Assembly (NCBI GenBank): GCA_013265495.1
Contig: MU058139.1
Coordinates: 186,001-250,000, forward strand
DNA length: 64,000 nt
Source of the DNA: Vicugna vicugna
Taxonomy: Eukaryota
Direction of reading: 5' to 3'
The notes under the pieces are model-generated. The model searched no databases and had not been told where the DNA came from. It saw only the letters and a list, made by a program, of their open reading frames with translations. Each line of letters starts with the position of its first letter. The first letter of the stretch is position 1. The translations under genes were made by a program, and so were the position numbers. Positions 39,625 through 52,460 of this stretch are shown piece after piece.

Positions 39625-39817
39625 CATGCTTGCAAGACTATACAGATGAATCTGGGACTTTCACTTCTCCAAACTTCCCCAATAATTACCCCAACAACTT
39701 GGAATGCATTTACAGGATTACGGTGGAAACCAGCCAACAGATTGCATTACACTTCACACACTTCTCCCTGGAGGAGGCCATTGGTGGAGTATGTGTAGCA
39801 GATTATGTGGAAATCAA
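39625..39817 (+). CDS. CUBN: CUBN exon (human exon 23 equivalent), CUB6 first half, complete copy
   Basis: ccccacag|CA TGC TTG CAA...GAA ATC AA|gtaagc; 193 nt; CLQDYTDESGTFTSPNFPNNYPNNLECIYRI...FSLEEAIGGVCVADYVEI. Confidence 0.93.
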
Positions 39818-41120
39818 GTAAGCACCTTTATTTCATCATAATCTTTTCATTCCTTATTTTTATATTTTTGAGGAAAAAAATAGAGAAATTGTCTGTAAAA
39901 GCTCCCTTTTGTGCCGTTTCTTGCAAGATACAAAGTTTGTCATTTGGAGCCTGGCTTAACAGTAGGCAAACAGAAAGTTGCATAAGATTCAGTGGTTATT
40001 TAGAATTGGTTATTTTATTGGGAATATTTGAAATTAAATTTCAGATTTCACTTGGGCAGAGTAAACAGATGTACTGTTGCACTGAAATTAGATAACTTCC
40101 AATTCAGATGCTGAATACTTACTTCCTTTATGTAAAATCAACTTAAATTTTAGGCTGTTTACTGTCCATTTGGTCTAATTTATCACAAAAATGATGGTAA
40201 GATAACGTTTTCACAGTCTTTTTGTGTTCAAATAATAAAAGTTTAGGCTTGAGAAATTCAGTGCAAGGCATTTTTTTCTTTAATTCTTTGGTGCTTTGAA
40301 AAAAATGAGTTAAAAATTTATATTTTCAGTGAAGGTCAGTTAAATTATATATTGGTATCTTCCCAGATCATTATACTGAATTAAATTAGACTAACCAATT
40401 TGGGGTGCGCCTGCATTAAATTTTTTATTTGGCATTTCAAAAGCCTAGAATCTTACACTATCTTAGAATAAATTTGTTCTATGATGTAAAATAAGGTGCT
40501 AAAATAATAAATCACAATCATGTCATATAATGCTAAAATAACATAATTTTCTTAATTTTCAGCAATCATTGGACTTTAATGTTGAGTGAAACTTTTTTTA
40601 GGCTTAAAACAGTTACGGATAATAAATTAGATTAAGGCCCCAAAAGTTCTTGAGGAGAGAATTATTTTCAAAATTTTGTTTAACTATGTCAAACATATTT
40701 AATATGATATATTAAATTTTGAAAGTTTTCAAACTAGAAGAAAAGCATTGAAGTTTTCTCTGTCAAATTAAGCAACATTTGTTTGTACTGTTAGTAATTA
40801 TGGTCCCATTATCCTGTGTTCTCTGACACATTTTCCAGATGCTTTATTGGAGAGAAAGAGGATTAAACACTTCCTCTTCAGTTTGTAGTTGGTTCTATAA
40901 AATGTCGTGCCAGCCATAAACGATGGTTATTCTATAAGTTATTCAAATACTGTTTAATGAAGGGAAACATTGAAAACTTGAAATTGTTTTTAGAGTGTCT
41001 TTGAGAGAGGTTGACTGACAATCTGATCTGTTTCTGATCTCAAAGTTCAGTGAATGTAAATGTTTATATAGTGATATTATCAAGGACCTAATAAACAAGC
41101 CCGTCTGTATTTGGTCACAG

Positions 41121-41281
41121 TAATGGAGGCTATGAATCTTCACCATCCCTGGGAAAGTACTGTGGCTCAAATCCACCCCCAAGCATCATCTCTCACAGTA
41201 ACAAACTCTGGCTAAAATTTAAGAGTGACTTCTTTGGCTCTGGGACTGGATTCTCAGCTTCCTGGGATGGATCGTTGACAG
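41121..41281 (+). CDS. CUBN: CUBN exon (human exon 24 equivalent), CUB6 second half; absent from the ORF track
   Basis: ggtcacag|T AAT GGA GGC TAT...TTG ACA G|gtaagg; 161 nt; [53 protein letters not shown]. Confidence 0.95.
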
Positions 41282-41686
41282 GTAAGGAGCAAAGAGCTGC
41301 CTTTTGTTGGCGAGTCCAGTCTGATGGGCTCTTGATTCTTGGATTGCCATGCTATTTTTTTTCCTCCAGCTGTATTTTGCCAGTGCTATTTGTAATAAGC
41401 TTAAACATTGTGAATATTTCTGAATTAGCAGCAGCCGTTCTGTTTTTGCTTTGATTTTTGAAGGACAAAATAAGGGAAAGTGTTCTTGTTCCCTGGTGTA
41501 GTTCATCAAGCTGGTCATCTTGGTTGTGAATTAGGACTGCAGGCTAGCTGCTCTTCGGTGGGGCGGTTTTGTTTTGCAGTTTGGTTTAGAGGAGAGTCAC
41601 TGGTAGCACCGGTTTGATACAGAAGTAAAGAATCTGTTTTACTGGGAAGAAAAGGATGTGCGTCACCCCGTCTCTTTCCCCTGCAG

Positions 41687-41868
41687 GTTGTGGGGGCAAC
41701 CTCACCACTCCCACCGGCGTGTTCACCTCTCCCAACTACCCGATGCCCTACTACCACAGCTCTGAGTGCTACTGGTGGTTGAAAGCCAGCCACGGGAGTC
41801 AGTTTGAACTGGAATTTGAAGACTTCCATTTGGAGCACCATCCAAACTGCACTTTCGACTATCTGGCT
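41687..41868 (+). CDS. CUBN: CUBN exon (human exon 25 equivalent), CUB7 first half
   Basis: cccctgcag|GT TGT GGG GGC...CTG GCT|gtatgt; 182 nt; [32 protein letters not shown]...[10 protein letters not shown]. Confidence 0.97.
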
Positions 41869-42644
41869 GTATGTGTGAAATTTCAGTTGTGTCCCTTCAC
41901 TGCTCCCATCTCGCCCAACACACAGAAATGCATCACTTATTTTTCTTTTTGCGATTCAGGAAAAGGCAACATGTAAACAAAATAGTCATATTTAAAAATT
42001 TAAACAAAAAAATTAAAATTGGATGAAAATAACCCAAGTACAGCATGTATTAATGAGTGGCTTGGTATACTAAGTATTTAAAATATCTTGTATATGAACT
42101 ATTAAGATATATTTTAAATCTCCTGAAAGGAGTTATGAGATTTATCATAATTATTATCCATATAATTTCTGTATATGCATTGAAAAATAACAATCTAGAA
42201 GACTGTATTGATGAATTAGAGAAGATAATTGAAGTCATTAAACTGGGAATTTTTACAGTACCACCAAGTCACCTGTCCACTAAAAAATGATCTAAATAAA
42301 AAAATGCACTAAAATGTCATAAATGGTAAACTATGAAATCAAAAAGCAAGGAAGGCTACTGATAATGGCTGTGATCTCAAAAATAGTAATAATCTTTGAT
42401 TTTCAGTGCTTATATTTCAATAGAGGCTCACTCCCTCACTTCTATACACAGCCATGGCTGCATGGCCTGAGTTCATGGCCCAAGTTTACAGACATTTAAA
42501 TTCAGTCCTAAAACATATTCTGATCCAGGGCTCTTCTTTGGTTGTATCGTGTATGTATTTCTCCCCCACTTCTTGAGGATTACAGAGTCCTTTAGGTAAT
42601 GTTTATAGTCATAATCATCTGACATTTAACATGTTTTATTAAAG

Positions 42645-42801
42645 GTGTATGACGGGCCAAGTACCAACTCTCATTTGCTAACTCAGCTTTGCGGGAACGA
42701 GAAACCGCCTGTCATTCGTTCCAGTGGAGACAGCATGTCTTTAAAACTGAGGACAGATGAAGGTCAGCAAGGAGGCGGCTTCCTGATTAAATACCAGCAG
42801 A
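42645..42801 (+). CDS. CUBN: CUBN exon (human exon 26 equivalent), CUB7 second half
   Basis: tttattaaag|GTG TAT GAC...CAG CAG A|gtaagt; 157 nt; [22 protein letters not shown]...[17 protein letters not shown]. Confidence 0.96.
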
Positions 42802-45307
42802 GTAAGTGTATATATACTGGTTGCTCCGTGCCTGTACTGAGGTCTTCAGTCTCTTGATGAATGAGACCAACTGAAATAACACAACCCACTGGTTTGAGTA
42901 ACTAAAATCAATCTTGGCTCCTTATGAGAAAAACTTAACTCTGAGGGAGAAATGCTTATATGTTGAATTTAAAATCATGTGGCTAAAGCACATGGTAAGC
43001 TAGAGAAACTTAGAAAAGTAATGTGCTGAGACAGTTCCCATTCAGCTAAAGATCAGTGAGGTAACAGCTAATGGGTTTTCATTTGGATTAAACAGTACAA
43101 CCTTCTAGTAGACATAATTCCATCGGACGTAGAGTCTCCAGGACTATTACTACTATTTTTTTGGTCTTCTATCTCAAAAAGAACTTAAATTTTATTAAGG
43201 GAAACTATGGTCCTTGTGAATCATATATGAAAAAAAGCACATTCTTTATTATGGAAAATTCTGGTCATTGTAGAGATTTCCTTTTAAAATCTGCTTTCCC
43301 TTGAGATAAGACGGTAGAATTAAAGGAGTATGACCAATAAATCAGGGGTCCCAGGGGTTTGTCCTGGCCCCTAACCCCTGAGAAGGTCACTCGTTTTCTC
43401 TGGGGTTGCATGATTTTTTTTCTCTTAAAAAGATTACATTAGTCGATAGAGAAATCTCCCTTCTAGCTCTAGAATTAAATACTTCCTAAAGTTAATTTCA
43501 AAATGGACATTCAAGAAAACAAGATTTCCTTAAATTTATGTTATTTAGTAAACAATTTATTTGGGTTTCTGAAAGTAGAGTTCCTTGCCCTACTAAATCT
43601 AAATTTACCAATTGTTTTGGCATAATTTCCTAAAAATGGAATTGAAAATCGCAAGATCATAATCTGAATACACGATATCCCTTTGGGCTAGTTGAAAGAG
43701 TATTAATGCTTAACCTTGAAATACATGAATTTAAAAATTCACATACACTTACTTCTGGGGGATAGGCTACATTCTAGGTAGTTCTGAATACTGAGTTTTA
43801 GTGATAAATAGTTTTGTTCTTCAGAAATTCATCATTAGTATGTGAAAATCTCTCCCCAGTTTTATCAGGGATAGATCTGTTTGGATGAGCACATAATCAT
43901 TTCTCTAATTTTATTATTGCTGTGCTGATTTGCTTCTTGGTCACAGTCAGATTGATTATTAAAGTTCCCTTCCTTTTCTTTTTATTTCTACGATATTTTG
44001 TTTTGCTCTCATAATGTCAGAACACTGAAGGAGTAACTTAGTGCATATGGAATTTAGGTTCTTAAAGATAAAATCAGGCTAACCAGTGAGATTTTCTGTA
44101 CCATGTGCCATTTCAAATTGGAATTTTGCAGGTAGTATAATTTCTGAGCACTGAGAGCAGCCTGTAGGGTTTAATGGAATATATTTTCCCCTGCCCGGTT
44201 TTGTGGTCATTGAGACCCACAAGCCCTGCCTGCCTAACAGATATAACTTCTCCCAGGCATCTAAACCAAAGTATTCTTTAGAAGTCCTCTGTGGACAAAA
44301 ATGTGACTGAAAGATTTGTAACAAGAATTAGTTTTATTCCCTCGTTCCAGCAAAGGAAGATTTTGAAGACCCACGGATGTGTACTTTTCCATACCCCAGC
44401 TTGCAAGTGGCGGGCCAGCCCCCTGTCGAGAAGCAGTGTAGCCGAAGCGCATCTAAGCGAGCAACATTTTTCAGAGACAGCTTTTTCAATTTTAATATTT
44501 ATTTTCCTGTTCACTTGTATTGCACATCATACAATATGAAAAAGACTTGCGAAAAAGCAGGTATAGGCCTTGTTCAAGCCCTTAAGTTTGGCTGAATTTG
44601 GCACTGACTTCCAGGACTAACCGTAGCTGGAAGTACCTAGTATAGTCTTGTTGAAAACTCAGCTGAAGAAAATGCCGTTGGATTGAAGCCTTTTTTTTTT
44701 TTTCCAGAATTTAGTATTTTAATTTCCTCTTCAGATCTTTCACATCGCCTCGATTCATTTGGCCCTCCCGGATGACTAACTAAAGGAATAACGGCGTCTT
44801 TATTGTGAATTTCTTGCTGACTTTTGAATGTTCAACAAAGCCATGTTGTTATTCGTTTTTAGCATTCACATAGGACTTTGTGTTTTTAAACTGTTGAATT
44901 TAAAGGTCAAGATTTCTGTCCCTTCCAAATGCTAAAGTTAGAAAAACAGAAGCATGGAATTTTTCATACTCTTCTCTGAACAGATTAGACTGATGTCTGA
45001 GTAGTGCTAAGCTATTCTGCTCTGCAAATTCCAGTTCACAGGAATTTGATGCCTGTTTTAATGTAGGCAATCTTCATGACACTTTAATGTTTATGAACTC
45101 AAGTATTATTTCAATTTGTTCTAAATGGAGACCTTTTCCCTATAAAGATGTTGCACCAACTTCATGTGTATGTGCGTGTGTGTACATATACATACATATA
45201 TTTTAAATCTAGACATTTTCCTAAAGAAAAATCTCACACATATCTTGGAGCAATTATGATATATATGATAGTCATTCTTAAACAAGCATGGATTTTTTTT
45301 TTCCCAG

Positions 45308-45495
45308 TGTGTGATAACGTGGTGATTAGGAATCGAACCTATGGCATCTTGGAGAGTATACATTATCCAAATCCCTACTCTGTCAATCAGCGTTGCAACT
45401 GGACCATCCAAGCAACAACAGGAAACACTGTGAATTATACGTTTTTAGCATTTGACTTGGAAGAGTACATAAACTGCTCCACCGACTACTTAGAG
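45308..45495 (+). CDS. CUBN: CUBN exon (human exon 27 equivalent), CUB8 first half
   Basis: ttttcccag|TG TGT GAT AAC...TTA GAG|gtatgt; 188 nt; [62 protein letters not shown]. Confidence 0.97.
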
Positions 45496-47054
45496 GTATG
45501 TGTTCTGAACCTAAATAAGTTGCCGCATTTTCAGCTCAAATTAGGCGAGTCAAGCTAAAAGTCATGCTTGTAGACCCGAACTCCTAACCCTGCCCTGCAA
45601 CTACCCGTGGTATTTCAAAGGGTATATTTCATGTCTCGTTCACTGTATCATCTTAATAGTAAAGACATTTAATCTACTGAATTGCATACACAAATAACTA
45701 CGCTTTTAGGGTTCACTGTAACTTCTGGACTCATATTCACCTCACATTACTTAAATGATGCAGAAGTAGAAGAATAACTTCTAGTTTTTGTTGATTGTTT
45801 TTATGTTTGTTCTCTTTAAACAAGAGATCAGAAAATATTTACGTTATCATGGCTTTACTTAAAGCCTAATTTACCTGATACTAAGAGTCATGATTTTGAT
45901 TCTTGTTTTTGCTCTTAAATTTAAGTTCATTTCAGTTAATTTTTCTTTTCGTCAAGATGGAAGTTTCTATTTGTTATAATTATGACCACCCGTGATATTT
46001 ATTGAACTCTCCATATACAACGCTATGCAATAAAAGTTGCTTGAAAACTAGGCAAACCAAAATATGAAGTAATCTGCTATTTTTAAGATACTTTATTTAC
46101 AAGAGCTTTTTTGCTAACTTGCATGTAACAACTTTTTTAGGAATATACATTGAAAAGTTAGGCAGCTTCTTATTTTACTTACTTTATTAATGGGATTATA
46201 CATTCATATATAAAATTATGTATTCTATGAACTATTAATTTAGAAATATTAGTTTCATACTTCATAAAACAATTTTACTCAAAGTATTTGCACATATTTT
46301 GAATCCAGTTTTCATCATTAATAAAATCATTTTTGAGTCATCTAACACATCATCTTTATATCTATCTACATTGTTAATATATAACACTTTTTGAATCTGT
46401 ATATAATGTTTTCACTAAGAATCTCTTTTGAAGTAACAGGCACTCACTCTGATAACATTAGGACACTTGCCTTCGCTCCGCCTACCCATAACACAATTAC
46501 TTAGTGTTTTTCTTAAGATGATCAGTGAGTTTTAGAAGCTTTGCTTGCAAAGACTTCTAGCATTGGCACTTGTAACTTTGAGAACATATTCTCAGAAAAA
46601 ATAATTTATCCTTGTAAAATTGTCTTAACTCTCTTTTTTTTTAACCAATTCTTTTTAAAAACTAGCATTAATCAAAGCTGTTTGAGGTGAACGTATCTAA
46701 ATACCTCCTTTGTTTTTCAAAACAAAGAGAAAGCTTTCTATACTTTAAGGGACTTTGTGAGGTCCTGAATATATGGATTCTCTTGTTTTTGAAGGATACT
46801 TTTTTGGGTTAAAAAAAACTTTATATTTAGAAAAGTTCAATATTATAGAAATAGTAGCCATAGTGTTTAACCCATGAGAAAGTTATATACACTAGTATTC
46901 AAAGAAGATATGCCACAACATAAAGCAATCATCAAACCTGTACAAACTTGACAGTGGTTTTAAAGTTCCCTTCCCTTGATCTGGTGTTCAGATGTTCTTT
47001 ACAAGCTGAGCAATGGCGTGCTTTTCTCATTCTATTTACCTGGACCGATCATCT

Positions 47055-47910
47055 TCTTTTTCTTTGTTTCTATTGAGGTACAGTTGATCGATAATGTTGT
47101 GTTAGTTTCTGGTGTACAGCATAGTGATTCAGTTTTATATATATATATACTTTTTCATATTCTTTTCCATTATAGTTTATTACATTATATTGAATATAGT
47201 TCCCTGTGTTATACAGTAGAACCTTGTTGTTTATCTGTTACAGTAGTTCATATCTGCTAATCCCAAACTCCTAATTAATCCCTCCCCTACTGCCTTTTGG
47301 TAACTATAAGTTTGTTTTCTATGTCTGTGAGTCTGTTGCTGTTTTGTAAATAAGCTCATTTGTTGTATATTTTAGAGTCTTATGTGTTATTTGTCTTTCT
47401 ATATCTGACCTACTGCACTCAGTTTGATAGTCTGTAGGTCCATCCATGTTGCTGCAAATGGCATTATTTCATTCTTTATGGCTGAGTAGTATTCCATTGT
47501 GTGTATATAGCACAACTTCTTTATCCAATCATCTTTTGATGGACATTTAGGTTGCTTCTATGTCTTGGCTATTGTAAATAGTGCTGCTGTGAATGTTGGG
47601 GTGCATGTATCTTTTTGGATTGGAGTTTTTTCTGGATATATGCCCAGGAGTGGGGTTGCTGGATCATACGGTAACTCTATGTTTAGTTTTTTTAAGGAGC
47701 CTCCATACTGTTTTCCATAGTGTCTGCCCCAAACTACATTCCCACCAGCAGTGTAAGAAGGCTTCTTTTTCTTCACACCCTCTCCAATATTTATTATTTG
47801 TAGACTTTTTAGTGATGGCCATTCTGACTACTGTGAAGTGATACCTCATTGTAGTTTTGATTTGCCTTTCTCTAATAATTAGTGATGTTGAGCATCTTTT
47901 AATGTGCCTG
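47055..47910 (-). mobile_element. 5'-truncated LINE-1 (ORF2 C-terminus and 3' UTR)
   Basis: Minus ORFs [38 protein letters not shown] and [16 protein letters not shown]...[11 protein letters not shown]. Confidence 0.92.
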
Positions 47911-49979
47911 TGGTGAGATCTTATTCATTCTTTGAAAAAAAAAAAGAAAAATTGCTTTCAAAGCCACTTGTTCCTACCACAAACACAGCAGTTCATCATA
48001 TCATATTTTTACCATTTGTGATTATGTTCACATGCCCTACTGGACTATGAGCTTTTAGAAGATGTGAACTGTCTCCAACTAACTTTGCAACTCAGGCATT
48101 GATTATAGAGTTCAGATCTTATAAGAGTTCAGTAAGTTCAGGTTAAATTGAAATATCACAGCCATATTTTAGCATCAGCCTAATGAGAAAGAACTAAATT
48201 CCAGATCGACCTTTTTGTGTATTCTCTACAGTTTCACTGAAATTCTATACCACCTTGAGCACAACCCAAAGCAGAATTCATGGGCTTGCAGACTGTTGCA
48301 TGTTTAACAACAATGCCGGGCACCTTGAGCGTGATTTGATAAAGCACAGTGGAGAAAGCTGGGAGAGGAGGAAGCTTTTGAGCTGGACTTTAAAGGAGGC
48401 TTTGGCAGAAAGAGTGGGAGGAAATGAGATGAAATCTCTTCAAGGGCAGGGCTCCACCTCTTTGGACTTACTTGAGGACAAAAAGGCCCATCAGATAATT
48501 TCTGGAGGTGTTTAAAAACTGTCAAATGAGAATACTTGTTCCAACCACGGCAGAGCCGCTAGTCATAGGCCCTCCATAGACGCTGTGACAGCCACGCCAG
48601 GTACCTTGTGCAACACTGATGGTGAAAGCAGCAGAAACACCAAATGAGAACCAGAAGTTCAGCAAAGGCTTCCAGAGAATGACGCTGTTGCCAGAGGGAG
48701 GAGATTTTTTCCGTTTCTGTAAGCCAGCGGGCAAGACCAGAGCAATCGCTACAATGGCTGGTTTATGATGGAAATTTTAAAAGCACAAATAACCGTTTAA
48801 GGAGAGAAAAGCCACAGACTCAAAATCTAGTTTCCATTATTTTAATAACTTCTAGTTAAAGGGCTTTTCTTCAAATGACTTAGCCAGGTCCCACTTGAGT
48901 GGCTATTACTGCAGCCAGAATTGAGCTATTTGGGGTTAACAGAACTGAAACTACAAAAGAACTTGATTAGGTGCTGGTCGGACATCTTGCCCAGCCTTGC
49001 TGAGCAGTGTGGGTTGGTAACAATCCACTGGGAAGCGAATCAATCCTTTATTCTTTTGTCCTCTGGGCAAAATGAAATGATTCAGATTTGGAAATAAAAG
49101 ACTCAGTGGGAGGAAGGGTTATTTCCTTAAAGGGGTAAATTAGACCATGCGATTTTGGGAAGCCAAAACCTTAAGGATTCTTTTTGTATTTTATAACTTG
49201 ATTTCACAGTTTCATTTTTATTTTGAGCCTGAGTCTCTGTGTGGAAGAAGAGATTCCTAATAGGTGATTCAATATACAAACAAAAGTGATGGATTAGGTG
49301 GAAATCAGCACAGAGACATACAGGGAGTCTAGAGCGTGTATTGGGTCACCTGGGAGCATGTGGGTGGTGAGAAGGGGGAGGAGGAAAGCTGTGAGGTTAC
49401 TGTGTCATGGAGGCTAAGGGAGGAGAGTATGATGGAAGGTGACAGTGATCAGCGAGGAGAGATGCTCCCACGGGGTCCAGAAGGATCAACTCTTAAGGGG
49501 TACCCTCCTCTTCATATTCTATTGTATGTCAGTGTCTCTTAAAATATGGCCCAGGATTGGATTCAACACTCCTGGCTTTGGACCATATTACCTGGTTCCT
49601 ATACCTTAAGGTTGTAGGCTGAGGTTAAATGGGTTCAGTGTTAGCCAAGTCATAATGTTGGACTATATTAAAGACCTGCAGGTCACTTTTGCATGAGTTG
49701 CAATGGCTTCACAGCCAAACATAGGATATTATTTCTAGTAAGTTATAGTTGCCTCTTTTTTTGCCTGAGAATTCTGTCTCATCAAGATTCCTCTAAGTCC
49801 CGATTCTCTGGTCTTTAGAGCATTATTCATTTGCATATAGACTCACTGGCTTTGAAAATAAATGATTCAAATGTCAACGAAATGCTACCTATTTCAAGTG
49901 CTCTAAAATGATAGATGTCTTGGGCTAAAATGCACCTATGATTGAACACTTTGGGGATATCTCTATTCAGACAACTTGG

Positions 49980-50180
49980 TAATAATAGTAGCTGGTATTT
50001 AATCAAACACTTATTGTTCTCTGGGTAGTTCTCACAGCAGCCCTGCAATGTAGGGGACACCGTTGTCCCATTTGACAGGTGAGAAGACTGAGACAATGGC
50101 AGGCTGTCCATAGTCACAATGATTACAGGTAGCAAAGCCAGGCTTTCCACCAGGCCCTGGGGCACCAGGTTGGCACCCGT
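49980..50180 (-). mobile_element. MIR SINE
   Basis: tctcacagcagccctgcaatgtagg...cccatttgacaggtgagaagactgagac. Confidence 0.65.
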
Positions 50181-52319
50181 AGCCACGACACTGCACACAC
50201 TCTCTGTATGTGCCTCTTTCTTAATTGTCTGTCACTCTCAGAGGTAACAAGAGGGAGCTTCCATGGAGCCCTCAGATGGACCACTCTAGTGACAGCATCA
50301 CAAAGAGAAATTCATGCTATGTTAGCCTGGCTTTTTCATAGATGTACAGGGGCCATTTATGGTATCTTTGCTGCATACTGACAACTAATGTTTAGTGTCC
50401 AATTGAAAAATTTTCCCAAAATTACCAGCAACCTTACTCATCTGTGAGATGCCAGAATAATCTTTCCCACACTTCGGAGGCTGAAACATTTCCCCTTCTG
50501 ACCGCTGGCAGTCCTGTTTTCCTTCTTCTGCCTTTTACCCTTGGTTGCAGGTACCCACTCGGACTAGCCCTGTAGGGAAGGTCAGCGTTTGGGAAAGGGC
50601 TGTTATGCTGGGAAAGTAAGAAGCTCATGACCCACGGGATAGACTGAAAAGCAGGAGAGGTCAGGAGCCAGGGCAGCCCAGTGGGGTCTCCCCCCTTTCT
50701 CCTTCCTTCCAGCTTTGTTGTGTCTCCCCACGCACGAGTCCTCCATCCCCATTTCTCTCCCTGAAACCATCCCGTGAGCTCCTGCAGCCTCACAGTTCTG
50801 GCTTCATTGTGGCCACCCCAGTCATGACTTGTTCCTCAAGCGTTTACAACCACCTGGACTTTCCTTTGGTGACAAAGTACGATCACAGGTGGCTCATCTT
50901 TTTGAGTTGGACAACAAGGCCTGGATCTAGCCTGCCTGGGAGAGTGTGGCCTCCAGGCAGTGTGACCAGCTCTGACCGGGAGCAGTGAGGCCCCGCCCTC
51001 TGGCCAGCGTGGCTCACAGCTCACGTCTGGGTGGAACCTTCGAGCAGGGGCATGGGTTCTGTGGGCCTGCTGAAGCAGTGTTTTGAATTATCCATGAAGT
51101 GAGCAAGATCACAAAATTAGTTCTGTGGTCACCGAACCTGTCTGGATTTTAGGGTGTAATTCACTGAAGCCTGGAAAAATTCACTTATGGGAACTGACCG
51201 TCTTATCTTCTAAACTGAATTTCATCATTTCTTCTAGTTTCAAAATCATACGAAGCCTGTGTCTACTTCACCTTCATCACATTACACCATCTTCTGCAAG
51301 CCTTGGCCCAGCCCACGTTTTCACCTTTCTTTTTTTCCCCAATCATAGCTTTAAAAAGTAGACATTTTTTCTAACTGCGCTGTATTCCAAAGTTTCGCTC
51401 ACTTGTGTACATGCTCACAAAATGGTCAGAAAGCTCCTGGCTAGCTCCATGGGTTTTTTTTTCCCCTTTTTTTCCTTAGATTAAGTTCGTCAGAGGTCTC
51501 CTCTTTTATTGCCCCTCTCCCCCAGTTATTCCTGACTTTATGGACCTAATTTCAGTTTTTTAGAATTTATCATTTTCCTTGAATTCCCTTTCCTTTTTAA
51601 AAATTGTCTTCTTTATTCTTTCATTTATTTTTAATTTTTTTAATTTAGCTGGTTCATGGGCTCATGTCTCCCCTTAAATTCTCACTCCCTGAAACCTCCA
51701 GCCTGTGACCGATGGGTCCTTTCAGCCCAGGTTCGAGGGAAATTGGTCACTCTCTCCTAATGTTTCGTTAACAGCCATTTCTTTGCTGGTCAGAATTAGT
51801 CCATAAGAGCACTTCTCCTCGGGGAAAGAGCCGTTTACTCTAAGAAACACTGTACTTTCTGACAGAGGAGAGCATCCTAAGAGCTCAGCAGATGCCACGC
51901 TTTTTTCAGAACAAGGTACTTAAGTGATGTCCAGGTGGACACCTGCCTATTGCTACTCCTATGTGTCTTTTTGTTCCACTAGTGTTGATACGTTTCCTTT
52001 GTAAAAAAAAAAGTTAATAAATAAAGTTTCTACTGAGGAAGAAGCTGATGGTGGAGGATAAAGCCCCTATAACTGGCTTCTAAATCTGGCTGGGTTCCAA
52101 AATCATCTGGGGATCTTGTTAGAAAAGTATGTTCGTAGCCCCACCCCAGACCTACTCAGTCAGAATCCCTGGGGTTGCCCCCAGAAGCCTTAGCTCCGCA
52201 CCTGAGGCCACTGTCTCGGCCCACGTCCGTCGTGATAGCACGTTTTATCCTCACTTCAAAGCTCTCTCCCGGGGAGTTGTAACTATTTTAATAGGTATCT
52301 GCTTTATATATACATATAT

Positions 52320-52460
52320 TTGTTTTTTTCATTGAAGTATAGTCAGTTTACAGTGTTGTGTCAGTTTCTGGTGTACAGCACAATGCTTCAGTCGTATAGG
52401 AACATACGTATATTCATTTTCATATTCTTTATATATATTCTATATATATAGAATACATTT
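52320..52460 (-). mobile_element. Very short L1 3'-end fragment
   Basis: attgaagtatagtcagtttacagtgttgtgtcagtttctggtgtacagca is the reverse complement of the 3' end seen at 18250-18305. Confidence 0.8.

Larger units (their letters stand above)
744..45495 (+). other. CUBN: Cubilin gene, internal segment (11 exons, CUB3 to first half of CUB8); gene extends beyond both window ends
   Basis: All exons have AG/GT boundaries and compatible phases, giving 1907 nt without a stop. Translation is collinear with cubilin as I recall it ([10 protein letters not shown]..., [17 protein letters not shown]..., YCGKSIPPSLTS..., CLQDYTD..., CGGNLTT...[19 protein letters not shown]..., [13 protein letters not shown]...). 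Confidence 0.98.

Noticed and set aside
39232..39798. 188-aa ORF with an internal repeat
   Set aside because: Alternative frame across the duplicated CUBN exon; its length is a by-product of the duplication.
744..45495. Possibility that this is a CUBN pseudogene copy
   Set aside because: All 11 exons have canonical splice sites and matching phases, with no stop or frameshift in 635 codons.
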